DNA from: Methanobacteriota archaeon
GTDB taxonomy: Archaea; Thermoplasmatota; E2; DHVEG-1
Assembly: GCA_017885605.1 (NCBI GenBank)
Contig: JAFNFT010000071.1
Span: 85,519-149,518 of the forward strand
DNA: 64,000 nt
Direction of reading: 5' to 3'
In this document: one piece after another, positions 9,770-19,020 of the stretch
How positions within the stretch are numbered: the first letter of the stretch is position 1
Layout of the letters: every line of letters begins with the position of its first letter
Notes under the pieces: model-generated
What the model was told of the DNA's origin: nothing
Databases searched by the model: none
What the model saw: only the letters and a program-made list of their open reading frames with translations
Program-made: the position numbers and the translations under genes

Positions 9770-9792
9770 AAAAAATTCCAATAAGTGATACC

Positions 9793-10380
9793 ATGTTAAA
9801 AGATGAAACAAAAAAATCTATTGAACAAGCAATACAAATGGACAAACATGGCGTCATAATTATGATAGAACTTCCAATAAATGCTTATTTTGAAATGAAT
9901 TCTTCCACCATTAAAATATTGACAAACCATGGTTTTCAAGGGATATACATTAGCTTTCAGAGACCGTTTAATAACATATCTTCCTTTTTTGAATCTGAGG
10001 GAATAGACACTAATACACTATTATTTATAGATGCTGCAACAGCCCTTTCCGGTGAAAAACAACATGAAGATGCTCGTTGTATACATGTCTCCCAAGAACT
10101 CGATATTGATGAACTGGTAAAAGCCATCTATCTTTCTCTGCCAAAGCTAAAAAGCCAAAAAAAGTTTATTTTTATCGATTCATTAACTACAATATCTCTT
10201 TACAAACCATTATCTCAAATAATGAGATTTTCAGAATTCCTGATGAGGACAGTACGTAAAGAAAACGAGGAAAATGTTATACTCATTTTTAACGTGGCAA
10301 AAGATCTCGCCCAAAAAAAATTTATCAGAGAGGTAGCCTTCCATGTGGACCAAGTAATAAGTGTGGATAATAATGAATGA
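9793..10380 (+). CDS. DUF835-like protein (paralog 3)
   Basis: GIYISFQRPFNNI...LLFIDAATALSG...KFIFIDSLTTISLYKPLSQIMRFSEFLMRTV...VILIFNV: same pattern as 3966. Starts 24 nt after the KaiC-histidine kinase stop. Confidence 0.45.
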   Translation: MLKDETKKSIEQAIQMDKHGVIIMIELPINAYFEMNSSTIKILTNHGFQGIYISFQRPFNNISSFFESEGIDTNTLLFIDAATALSGEKQHEDARCIHVSQELDIDELVKAIYLSLPKLKSQKKFIFIDSLTTISLYKPLSQIMRFSEFLMRTVRKENEENVILIFNVAKDLAQKKFIREVAFHVDQVISVDNNE

Positions 10381-10930
10381 TCTAGAAAAAATTTCTCAAG
10401 AATTAAACAATCTGCCAAAAGGCTGGATTGTAATGCTGGAAACTTCTCCAGAAAAAATGTTAGAGGTTTCTTTGTCAACGATAAAATTTTTATCTGATGA
10501 AAAAAACTACATTGGAATTATCGTATCAGCAAGCAGACCTCAAAAAAATTTGATACAACTCTACCAACAAAAAAAAATCGATATTAAAAAAATTCTCATT
10601 CTCGACTGTATCTCAAAAAGCCAGAGTTTGGACCTGGAGGAAGCGAGCAATGTTATATATCTTGAATCAGTATCTTCTCTTACAAATATTTCACTTGCAA
10701 TAACAGCGAGTATTCAACGAATACCGGGAGATAAATTTGTTTTTATTGACTCTATCAACAGCATGCTTATTCATAACAAACCTGAAGTTTTTGCTCAATT
10801 CATTCATGGGATTTTAACTAAGCTGAGAATTGGCGGGATAAACGGTTTACTTATTTCTCTAGAACATGAAACGAACAAAGAGATACATGCAGAAATTGCA
10901 CAACTGTGCGATCGGATTGTGAAAATATAA
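10361..10930 (+). CDS. DUF835-like protein (paralog 4)
   Basis: KFVFIDSINSMLIHNKPEVFAQFIHGILTKLRIGGINGLLISLEHETNKEIHAEIAQL is the strongest DUF835-type match of the four. Overlaps the upstream paralog by 20 nt and the downstream kaiC by 25 nt. Confidence 0.5.
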   Translation: MWIIMNDLEKISQELNNLPKGWIVMLETSPEKMLEVSLSTIKFLSDEKNYIGIIVSASRPQKNLIQLYQQKKIDIKKILILDCISKSQSLDLEEASNVIYLESVSSLTNISLAITASIQRIPGDKFVFIDSINSMLIHNKPEVFAQFIHGILTKLRIGGINGLLISLEHETNKEIHAEIAQLCDRIVKI

Positions 10931-11853
10931 TGGATGAAAAAAAGAGTAAACAAAGTAATATCTTTGACATGGCTAAAATCAAAGCAGAGATTGAGAATAA
11001 GCTAAAGGGTACTGATGACAAAGGTTATTCCACGGGAGGAACTTTAGAACAAAAAACGCAACAGTTGCATGAAACAAAAAATGAAGCTAAAACGGGAAAA
11101 AAATTTGTTTTAACAGGCGTTTCCGGATTTGATGAACTATTTGAAAATGGCATACCAAAAGGTTCCAATATTCTCGTTGCTGGAGGTGCAGGTTCAGGAA
11201 AAACAATTTTTTGTCTACAAACACTGTGGTACCATATCTTATGTGGGGAAAAATGTTTTTACATGAGTTTTGAAGAATCTGAAAAAAGATTAATGGAACA
11301 TATGGAGGATTTTGGTTGGAATCCAGAAAAACTTCTCGCATCAGGTAACTTTAAAATCAAGAGGTATCTACCGAGCGATATTCATTATGTATCTGAAAAA
11401 GGTAACGATAATGCAATGTTTGCTAAAGAAGAGGACAGTCAACTTTTACAGTTAGAGCCAGTAACTTTGGAAGAAGGATTTAATCCTGATTTTGTTGTCA
11501 TTGATTCACTTACGGCAATTGCCTCGGCATTTATGGGAAAAGAAGGTTCGTACAGGTTTTATGCTGAGCGACTCTTCAGGTTTTTTGAAAATATGGGGAG
11601 TACAAATTATTTTATAACAGAGACCGGACAGATGCCAGAAACTTTTTCACAGACCGGTGTTGAGGAGTTCTTAGCTGATGGGGTGATTGTTTTGTATAAT
11701 ATTAAACGAGAAAATATGCGGGAACGCGCTATAGAGGTTTTGAAAATGCGTGGTACAAAACATCAAGAGAGAATAGTTGCAATGAAAATTTCCGAAAAAG
11801 GTATGGTTGTGTATCCAAAACAGGAGATTTTTGGTGAGATTCACACTAAATAA
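10906..11853 (+). CDS. Single-domain KaiC-like (RecA superfamily) ATPase
   Basis: Walker A VAGGAGSGKTIFCLQ preceded by the KaiC-like GVSGFDELFENGIPKGSNIL. Walker B DFVVIDSLTAIAS. Confidence 0.8.
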   Translation: MRSDCENIMDEKKSKQSNIFDMAKIKAEIENKLKGTDDKGYSTGGTLEQKTQQLHETKNEAKTGKKFVLTGVSGFDELFENGIPKGSNILVAGGAGSGKTIFCLQTLWYHILCGEKCFYMSFEESEKRLMEHMEDFGWNPEKLLASGNFKIKRYLPSDIHYVSEKGNDNAMFAKEEDSQLLQLEPVTLEEGFNPDFVVIDSLTAIASAFMGKEGSYRFYAERLFRFFENMGSTNYFITETGQMPETFSQTGVEEFLADGVIVLYNIKRENMRERAIEVLKMRGTKHQERIVAMKISEKGMVVYPKQEIFGEIHTK

Positions 11854-11946
11854 AATTCATATTTATAGTGGCCCTCAAACCCGATTTAAACAACCGTTGG
11901 GGAAACGTGTTTGTCTAACTTGAAAACCATGTTTTTATTAAATCCA

Positions 11947-12777
11947 TCAAGAAGCTATCCACGCATCTATTTCTATGATGTTTAGAGCGAGATTAACGGT
12001 GGTGATTCCTAAAAATTCTATAGTTATTTCGCCAGTAGTATCCGTCACTGAAAAATTGGCTCCATAGGTAAGGTTTGCTGATTGTAATGTACTTTTAAAC
12101 GCTTGATGCCAGGCATTTGGATAATTTGTGGTAATTGTAATGTTTTTTATATTGTTCATCAAAGAAGTTTTATTACTAACGAATTCTGTCCGTATCGGAT
12201 AGGTTCCATATCCGCCTGCGGATGTTCTTCCACCAACTCCTGTGATGTTTACAATATCGAGGGTTAGGTTAACAACATTTACGTTTATTATTGCGGAAAA
12301 AGGTTTTATGGACATTACATTTCCTTCAGATTGATTCAATATTACAGATCCAGCCTCATAAATGTAAGATTGATCAAGATAGTATACATTTTTCGATGAA
12401 TATTTTATGATTCCAAGTGAATACGAAGCGGAGTTTGAGATATTTGTGATTGTCACTGTACAATTATTTGATAAAATCAGAAGAGACCCAAACGCTCTAC
12501 TCGCTGAGAAATAAGGTATTTCTTTATTTCCAAGAGTAATAGATGTTGACATTGGTGTTTTTTGCCCAGTTGCAGCTTGTATGTCTATCGCAGATTTTAA
12601 CTGAGAAAACTGATCTGCTACGTCACCCATATGCTCTGCTTCTATCGACCTCATCCATTTTGGCACATACGTGGTTTGTATCAATGAAATAACAATGACA
12701 ATGAGTCCTACAAGTAATATTGCAGTAATAATGCCTGCCACTGCATTATCCGAACACCATCTCTGGTTCACTCTCAT
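11947..12777 (-). CDS. Pilin-like protein with class III signal peptide / N-terminal hydrophobic helix (putative minor pilin), rich in N-x-S/T sequons
   Basis: N-terminus DNAVAGIITAILLVGLIVIVISLIQ, about ten N-x-S/T sequons. Last gene of the minus-strand pilus operon. Confidence 0.45.
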   Translation of the reverse strand: MRVNQRWCSDNAVAGIITAILLVGLIVIVISLIQTTYVPKWMRSIEAEHMGDVADQFSQLKSAIDIQAATGQKTPMSTSITLGNKEIPYFSASRAFGSLLILSNNCTVTITNISNSASYSLGIIKYSSKNVYYLDQSYIYEAGSVILNQSEGNVMSIKPFSAIINVNVVNLTLDIVNITGVGGRTSAGGYGTYPIRTEFVSNKTSLMNNIKNITITTNYPNAWHQAFKSTLQSANLTYGANFSVTDTTGEITIEFLGITTVNLALNIIEIDAWIAS

Positions 12778-12788
12778 CTCAATTCTCC

Positions 12789-14540
12789 TTACGTATGCCT
12801 ACATCTCGAATCAGCACTCGCAGGTGCGCCCTCGACAGTACCAGCATACCTCCCTCTACTGTAAAATTCATAATACACATTCCCATTCGGAAAATCAAAA
12901 CTCCAACTCCATGGATGCGAAGTATCAGGGTTATTCGAATTATTCCAGATTATCCAATTGCTCTGTATCAAAGAATAATTATTTTCCTGCCCCCAAGTTC
13001 CATGAGATGGTTCAGGGGAGACGTGTTTACAGACACGGATATCATCATAATATGAATAACTTCCATAGTGATTCTGTAATGAAATTTCTCCTGCGTTTGA
13101 ATATGCAGAAGAAGGAGGAGTCTCACTACATGTTTTTGTCTTCCCATCACATGTTATTGTAAACGATGAGCCACTTACGGTAATATTGAATGGTTTCCAT
13201 GATCCCGTTCCAACGGCAGTTCCTGTTACTGAACAACCGGTAAAAAACGCCCAAGCGGTATAGGGTGGTCTGAGGTAAGAAAGACCTTCATTGGTTCTTG
13301 CGTCCATTCTAGATTTATACCCGGTGTTACCCGTATAATTTCCTCGCCATCCGACTTCTGCAATGGCATTTGATGAAAGGTATACTTTTCCTTCAATTGT
13401 TCCATTGATGAATCCAGTATAGGTTGCATTTGAACCCAGAACGGTGTGGCCATAAGACCCGCTCGTTGAACCTCCACCACAGACGAGATATCCATTTTCA
13501 ATTCTTGGGTAAACTCCTGAGAGTTTGTGCCTTGTCCATTTACTGAGATCCCCACTAAAATCATCAAAGAAAATGAACGTATTCGTTCCATTACTTTTGT
13601 TCGTAGCAGCACTATTTCCATAATATAACCAGATTGAGCTGCCTGTTGTATTCAAATTGTCAGGTATTTTGACCCAAAAGGTAGCATTACTGCCTGTGTT
13701 TTTCTGTTCTATCCAGTAGTCCAGTTTGGTTGTATTATCAGTATAGCTGATAAATCGTATATCGCCAAAGTCGTTTCGTGCTTTGTTATTGATATAGACA
13801 GTGTCCTCACTATCAGTCCCTGTCCCATTTTTCACAATAATTTTTACTTGGTAATTTGATCCAGCGCCACTTGCGCTTCCTATGTCATGCTTCTTACGGT
13901 ACCCCCAAGAGTTGTTCCACCAATTTTCATTCTCGCCCCATGAAGCATTATCTGCAGAATAACGATACCAGAGCGTTACAATCTCCAATCCTGAATCGCC
14001 AGTAGCATTGACAGTAAGTGGAGAAGATGTTTGATGGTAGGGACTAATTGTATCAACAGAAGTAACAAGTGACGGAATAGTCGTTGTTTCTCCCTCCTGT
14101 AGAACTCCCATCATCATTATAGAATTGCTATCCCTATCAACTACAGTAGCCTCGATTTGCAAACCTGTCATATTCCCAGATAAATTGTAGTGGTAGACGA
14201 GCTGCTCACTAATATCCCATCGATAATTTCCATTAGAATCAATCAATAAATCGTGAACAGTCTTACTAATCCTTGTTCCCCCTACGATAAATGAGACTGT
14301 TGCGTTTTGATCCAGTGAATCTCCACCACGATGTTCTAGTACTATATTACTCCCTTCAATTGATCCGACAATATCTACAGAAGGTACCGACGGAGAAAAT
14401 GGATACGACATAACAATGAAATACAATATGGAGAAAAGTGCTACACCTATCCCTACCATTAAAATAGCGCCAATGACTTCAGAGACAGCACCATCCAGTT
14501 TTTTCCATTTCATTTTCATATCCATTATACCACTCTTCAA
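12789..14540 (-). CDS. Large pilin-like surface protein A: archaeal type IV pilin N-terminal domain + LamG/DUF2341-like beta-sandwich region
   Basis: KWKKLDGAVSEVIGAILMVGIGVALFSILYFIV matches the archaeal pilin N-terminal (class III signal) pattern. IWLYYGNSAATNKSNGTNTFIFFDDFSGDLSKW is typical of DUF2341/LamG. Many N-glycosylation sequons. Paralog of 15033-17282. Confidence 0.65.
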   Translation of the reverse strand: MKSGIMDMKMKWKKLDGAVSEVIGAILMVGIGVALFSILYFIVMSYPFSPSVPSVDIVGSIEGSNIVLEHRGGDSLDQNATVSFIVGGTRISKTVHDLLIDSNGNYRWDISEQLVYHYNLSGNMTGLQIEATVVDRDSNSIMMMGVLQEGETTTIPSLVTSVDTISPYHQTSSPLTVNATGDSGLEIVTLWYRYSADNASWGENENWWNNSWGYRKKHDIGSASGAGSNYQVKIIVKNGTGTDSEDTVYINNKARNDFGDIRFISYTDNTTKLDYWIEQKNTGSNATFWVKIPDNLNTTGSSIWLYYGNSAATNKSNGTNTFIFFDDFSGDLSKWTRHKLSGVYPRIENGYLVCGGGSTSGSYGHTVLGSNATYTGFINGTIEGKVYLSSNAIAEVGWRGNYTGNTGYKSRMDARTNEGLSYLRPPYTAWAFFTGCSVTGTAVGTGSWKPFNITVSGSSFTITCDGKTKTCSETPPSSAYSNAGEISLQNHYGSYSYYDDIRVCKHVSPEPSHGTWGQENNYSLIQSNWIIWNNSNNPDTSHPWSWSFDFPNGNVYYEFYSRGRYAGTVEGAPASADSRCRHT

Positions 14541-15013
14541 AATAAAAATTTGAAAACAAAAAGTGAGATCACACCAAGAACAAAACTGTACCGAAGGCCT
14601 GAAGAAAGTTTACCATCCATCATGAACCCTCCGATCATACCTGCACCAATACCCTGTGTAAAAACAAATGAACTCAATGCGTATTTCAACGCCACGGGAT
14701 CCACTTTATTCATCATGACACCAGCCATTTCAACCGTGCTGCTCTGACTCTTGAAAAATGAGGCGAACAGCGTGTTATTAAGAATCATAATTATTCCGAG
14801 GAACACAAAAAAACTCATGATAATTACAACGGTATAGGTAGCCATTTCCGATTTTCTCTGCTCCTTAATATTATTAATTTGATTGATTTCTTTTGCCGCT
14901 GCTTTAAAAACCTTTGACGTCATCCCCCCCATTCTCAATCCTGTATTTATCGAAACAACTATTCTTTTGACAATAGGAGATCTCATCCGTTCAGCAAAAT
15001 TCTCAAACTTCAT
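13955..15013 (-). repeat. Segmental duplication copy A (pilin 5-prime ~590 bp + tadC 3-prime ~480 bp); copy B at ~16695-17745
   Basis: The pilin N-terminal ~95 codons are essentially identical between 14225-14520 and 16950-17245. The tadC 3-prime 477 bp (14537-15013) is ~90% identical to 17260-17740 by eye. Confidence 0.6.
14537..15013 (-). pseudogene. 5-prime-truncated duplicate of the tadC/flaJ-like gene (C-terminal 158 codons only); may be expressed as a small 3-4 TM protein
   Basis: MKFENFAERMRSPIVKRIVVSINTGLRMGG... aligns residue-for-residue with the last 158 aa of the 586-aa protein at 17260-19020 (KVFENFAERMRSAIIKRIVVSINTGLRMGG...). Confidence 0.5.
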
Positions 15014-15032
15014 TTTTTTTTATCTCGCCTCT

Positions 15033-17282
15033 TTACATTTTTTGGCATCTTGCATCAGCGCTCACGGGTGCGCCCTCGATAGTACCAGCATACCTTCCTA
15101 TACTGTAAAACTCATAATATCCCACCCCTTTGGGAAAGTTAAAACTCCAACTCCATGGACTATTTAAGTCAGGATTAGTATCACCTGTATAAATAATCCA
15201 GTTATGTCCTTCTCCTCCACCTATATATGTTTCTTCAGCTCCAGCTGAGCTATAAGATGGTTCTATTGCAATGCATTTTCTAACAAAAACATCATCAAAA
15301 GAAGCTGTTTCTCCCATGCTTCCTCCATTAAGAGCAAGGTAACCTGGACGACCACTTCTTGGCCATGAATTAAAGGCACCCGGCGTCCCACCAATATTCC
15401 AGACTCTTCCTCTGACATTTGTTCCATCATGATAGATTTCAAACCAATACCATGTTCCAAAAGACCATGCAGTTCGAGTATATGATGTTCCCCAGGCTAC
15501 ATGGTCATCTAAGAATTGTTCTGTCGTCTTGGTAACGAAATCATGAAACACATAATTGTAACTTTCACCATTAGCGGCACTAGTTTTAATGCTTAGACCT
15601 GCCCTTCCATCGGCATCTGTTCCAGCCTCTGGTCTCACTTTTGCTCTAATTGCATAATAATTGGATTGAGGAGCTGATGTTGCAATACATTTCTTAGGGT
15701 CGGCAGTTCCTGTGGATGTCTGTCTCATTATCCCGCCTGTTTCGCTCCAAGTGCCTTGGTATGTAGTCCATTTGCTTGCATCAATAGAATTATCGTCAAA
15801 GTTATCAAAGAAATTAAAGGTGTTAGTTCCATTACTAGCATTTGAAGCAGATGGATTGCCGTAATAGCAATAAATGCTGGTACTGCTATTCAAGCTGTCT
15901 TTTACTTCTACCCATACCTTTGCAAGTCTGTTTGGGGCTGTTCCGGATACATCTTCTACCCAGAAATCAAGCGAGGTTGTACCACTCTTATTAGTAAATC
16001 TTAAGTCTCCACCTATGTTTTTCCCGCTAGGAAAGTTTGATGAGTGTCCACCCAAATTAAAATATGCCCCTGAAACACCAGACGTTTCCCCTATCATTAA
16101 AAGCACTTGATAGTTAGGTCCAGCTCCAGCTTGACCAGTAATGTTAATCTTCTTTCTATAAATCCAATTAGCATCATACCAGTTCTCACTATCCCCCTCA
16201 CCAACTGTAGCATTTACATATATTTGATCAATGTAAACATCATTGCTATTATTTTGTGCATCACAACGGAATTTAATCTTCATATCAGATGGGAACGTAT
16301 AACTCGTTTCATTAATCCAAACAATTTCATAATAAAACTGATCGTTTACAAAATCAGTACCAGCAACAAAAGAAGCTACAGTCTGCCAAATAGCTCCATC
16401 ATAATACTCCACAAAAAAATCATGACCATCGCTCAGACCCTCAGATCGAAACCAGAAACTAATAGTAATACAAGTATAACCCGGTGAATGTACATCCACC
16501 CCATTTGTATGATAAAAAGACGATGCATTACCACCATTACCCTGTATATCTGCAGCTTTGCTTCCCTGATGAGCGTATGTACCACCTGTATAAAGAGAAC
16601 AATTCACTCCACCGTCACTGTAATTACCAAATCCTCCTTCAAAATCATCATATGTCAATGTAGTCCAATCCACGGTCCAATTATCATTACTCCAACGATA
16701 ATAAAGTGTAACGTTATTCAACCCAGGATCACCAATAGCATAAACAGTAAGTGGAGAAGATGTTTGATGGTAGGGACTAATTGTATCAACAGAAGTATCT
16801 AGTGAAGGAATAGTCGTTGTTTTTCCCTCCTGTAGAACTGTCATTATCATTATAGAATTGCTGTCTGTATCAATTACGGTAGCCTCGACTTGCAAATTTG
16901 TCATAGATGAATTGTTGTAGACAAGCTGCTCACCTATATCCCATCGATGATTTCCATTAGTATCATTTAAAAAAAATCCAACTGTATTACTAATCCTTGT
17001 TCCCCCTACGATAAATGAGACTGTTGCGTTTTGATCCAGTGAATCTCCACCACGATGTTCTAGTACTATATTACTCCCTTCAATTGATCCGACAATATCT
17101 ACAGAAGGTACCGACGGAGAAAATGGATACGACATAACAATGAAATACAATATGGAGAAAAGTGCTACACCTATCCCTACCATTAAAATAGCGCCAATGA
17201 CCTCAGAGACAGCACCATCCAGTTTTTTCCACTTTATTTTCACAGCCATCAACCACCCTTCAAAATACAAACTTAAAAACAA
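15033..17282 (-). CDS. Large pilin-like surface protein B (749 aa): type IV pilin N-terminal domain + LamG/DUF2341-like domains with an extra ~170-aa insert
   Basis: N-terminal 180 aa nearly identical to protein A. YCYYGNPSASNASNGTNTFNFFDNFDDNSIDASKWT is DUF2341/LamG-like. Conserved C-terminus YYEFYSIGRYAGTIEGAPVSADARC. Likely true start is MAVKIKWKK (~17249). Confidence 0.65.
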   Translation of the reverse strand: MFLSLYFEGWLMAVKIKWKKLDGAVSEVIGAILMVGIGVALFSILYFIVMSYPFSPSVPSVDIVGSIEGSNIVLEHRGGDSLDQNATVSFIVGGTRISNTVGFFLNDTNGNHRWDIGEQLVYNNSSMTNLQVEATVIDTDSNSIMIMTVLQEGKTTTIPSLDTSVDTISPYHQTSSPLTVYAIGDPGLNNVTLYYRWSNDNWTVDWTTLTYDDFEGGFGNYSDGGVNCSLYTGGTYAHQGSKAADIQGNGGNASSFYHTNGVDVHSPGYTCITISFWFRSEGLSDGHDFFVEYYDGAIWQTVASFVAGTDFVNDQFYYEIVWINETSYTFPSDMKIKFRCDAQNNSNDVYIDQIYVNATVGEGDSENWYDANWIYRKKINITGQAGAGPNYQVLLMIGETSGVSGAYFNLGGHSSNFPSGKNIGGDLRFTNKSGTTSLDFWVEDVSGTAPNRLAKVWVEVKDSLNSSTSIYCYYGNPSASNASNGTNTFNFFDNFDDNSIDASKWTTYQGTWSETGGIMRQTSTGTADPKKCIATSAPQSNYYAIRAKVRPEAGTDADGRAGLSIKTSAANGESYNYVFHDFVTKTTEQFLDDHVAWGTSYTRTAWSFGTWYWFEIYHDGTNVRGRVWNIGGTPGAFNSWPRSGRPGYLALNGGSMGETASFDDVFVRKCIAIEPSYSSAGAEETYIGGGEGHNWIIYTGDTNPDLNSPWSWSFNFPKGVGYYEFYSIGRYAGTIEGAPVSADARCQKM

Positions 17283-19020
17283 AAAGTGAAATCACACCAA
17301 GAACAAAACTGTACCGAAGCCCTGAAGAAAGTTTACCATCCATCATGAACCCCCCAATCATACCGGCACCAATACCTTGAGTAAAAACAAATGAACACAA
17401 CGCGTATTTCAATGCCACCGGATCGACCTTATTCATCATGGCACCAGCCATTTTCACGGTACTACTCTGACTCTTGAAAAATGAGGCGAACAGTGTATTA
17501 TTAAGTATCATAATTATTCCGAGGAACACAAAAAAACTCATGATAATTACAGTGGTATACGTAGACATCTCCGATTTTCTCTGCTCTTCAATATTATTAA
17601 TTTGATTGATTTCTTTTGCTGCTGCGATAAAAACCTTTGATGTCATCCCCCCCATCCTCAATCCGGTATTTATCGAGACAACTATTCTTTTGATGATGGC
17701 GGATCTCATTCGTTCAGCGAAATTCTCAAACACCTTTGTTACGGGAATACTCCAAGATAGCTCAGATTTCATTTTTTGTATTTCAGGGGTCAATCTTCCA
17801 TAACGGCCTTTTGATGAAATTTTTATTGCATCAAAAATGGTCATCCCTGAGGAGATACAGTTTCCCATTTCGACCACAAAATCTGGTAATCTTCGCTCAA
17901 TCTCACGCTGTTTTTGCGCTTGCTTATGACAATAAAAGGTAATAGGCCCTATGAAAACCAGGACGGACAGGAAAAAAACATCAAAAAAGAAGTAGGTGGT
18001 GAAATTCATATATTTGTAATAACTTAATACATAAATAATGCAGTAAAAAGAAAGCAATAAACCTGTTGAAAGAAGCAGAATTAAAATAAATGGTCTGTTT
18101 TTTTTATAAAAATCTTTCACTGAAGGTCTCTTCTTCGAATGAGGGTTTCTTATCTCTTCTATACTTGTTGATCGTATGAGAGCGTAATATCCACCATATG
18201 CTATGGGTAGAACAACGAACGAAAAAATAAACAAAATCTCTATAGTGAAACTTGAGGAACCACCAAAAAAACCCATCACAGAGATAATGATCACAAGAAA
18301 AATCGGAAACGCGACAAGCGTGGTGACAAATGTTTCTGCAAGAACCCCAAGAGTATCCAAGTTTTTCTTCCTTGCTAAAAATTCATCGGCCATGTACTGA
18401 TCTACAATGGTTGAAAGGTAAATATGAAGGTCACTACCTGATTGAATAGTACCGATTATCCCTTGGAGAAACGATTTGAATTTTTTTGAAGGAGTGTTTT
18501 CAAGGGCGTGTTTTAGCGCAGTAATCGTATCAATCCCCATGACATCGAGTTCTATGATGATTTTCTTTGCTTCTTGTTGTACTTCACCATAGATATCGAT
18601 TGTTGCAAAAGATCGAAAGATATCTGCGGGTGAAACACCCGCAATTGCCATGGTGCTGATAAAATTCACCGCATAAGGTAAGAATCTATCGATATTCGCG
18701 GCTCTTTTTTTGATATGAGAGTGCGGGATGTATTGACACATCACCCAGATGCTAAACGGCACAAGTGCAGGCAAAAGAATCGCAAGTAAGAGAGTATTTA
18801 ATGAAGGGAAAAAGAGATACAGGAGTAAAGATGGGATGATGGTGAGTATAAACCCCAGGAGCATTGTCATCAAAAACATCGAGAAGTACTCCTGGTATAA
18901 CATATTGATATCGGCTTGTTTTAATAGTATGTTTTTCTCTTGGAGCCGCTGTTTTGTTTTTATTGAAAAAAATCTATCAAATTTCCAGAGGCAGAAGTTC
19001 GAATATTTTGAGGATTTCAT
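17260..19020 (-). CDS. Type IV pilus / archaellum assembly membrane platform protein (FlaJ/TadC/PilC-like)
   Basis: 586-aa polytopic membrane protein with the typical FlaJ/TadC topology, immediately downstream of the secretion ATPase and overlapping it by 4 nt (ATGA). Confidence 0.7.
   Translation of the reverse strand: MKSSKYSNFCLWKFDRFFSIKTKQRLQEKNILLKQADINMLYQEYFSMFLMTMLLGFILTIIPSLLLYLFFPSLNTLLLAILLPALVPFSIWVMCQYIPHSHIKKRAANIDRFLPYAVNFISTMAIAGVSPADIFRSFATIDIYGEVQQEAKKIIIELDVMGIDTITALKHALENTPSKKFKSFLQGIIGTIQSGSDLHIYLSTIVDQYMADEFLARKKNLDTLGVLAETFVTTLVAFPIFLVIIISVMGFFGGSSSFTIEILFIFSFVVLPIAYGGYYALIRSTSIEEIRNPHSKKRPSVKDFYKKNRPFILILLLSTGLLLSFYCIIYVLSYYKYMNFTTYFFFDVFFLSVLVFIGPITFYCHKQAQKQREIERRLPDFVVEMGNCISSGMTIFDAIKISSKGRYGRLTPEIQKMKSELSWSIPVTKVFENFAERMRSAIIKRIVVSINTGLRMGGMTSKVFIAAAKEINQINNIEEQRKSEMSTYTTVIIMSFFVFLGIIMILNNTLFASFFKSQSSTVKMAGAMMNKVDPVALKYALCSFVFTQGIGAGMIGGFMMDGKLSSGLRYSFVLGVISLFVFKFVF

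Noticed and set aside
12671-13162. Plus-strand ORFs of 163 and 86 aa (and the minus-strand 60-aa and 131-aa ORFs) inside pilin gene A
   Set aside because: They fall entirely within a long, motif-supported minus-strand CDS and have odd composition, His/Ser/Asn-rich, with no start context.
15874-16802. Plus-strand ORFs of 78, 126 and 104 aa inside pilin gene B
   Set aside because: Antisense shadows of the 749-aa pilin-like CDS. Ile/Thr/Ser-rich low complexity.
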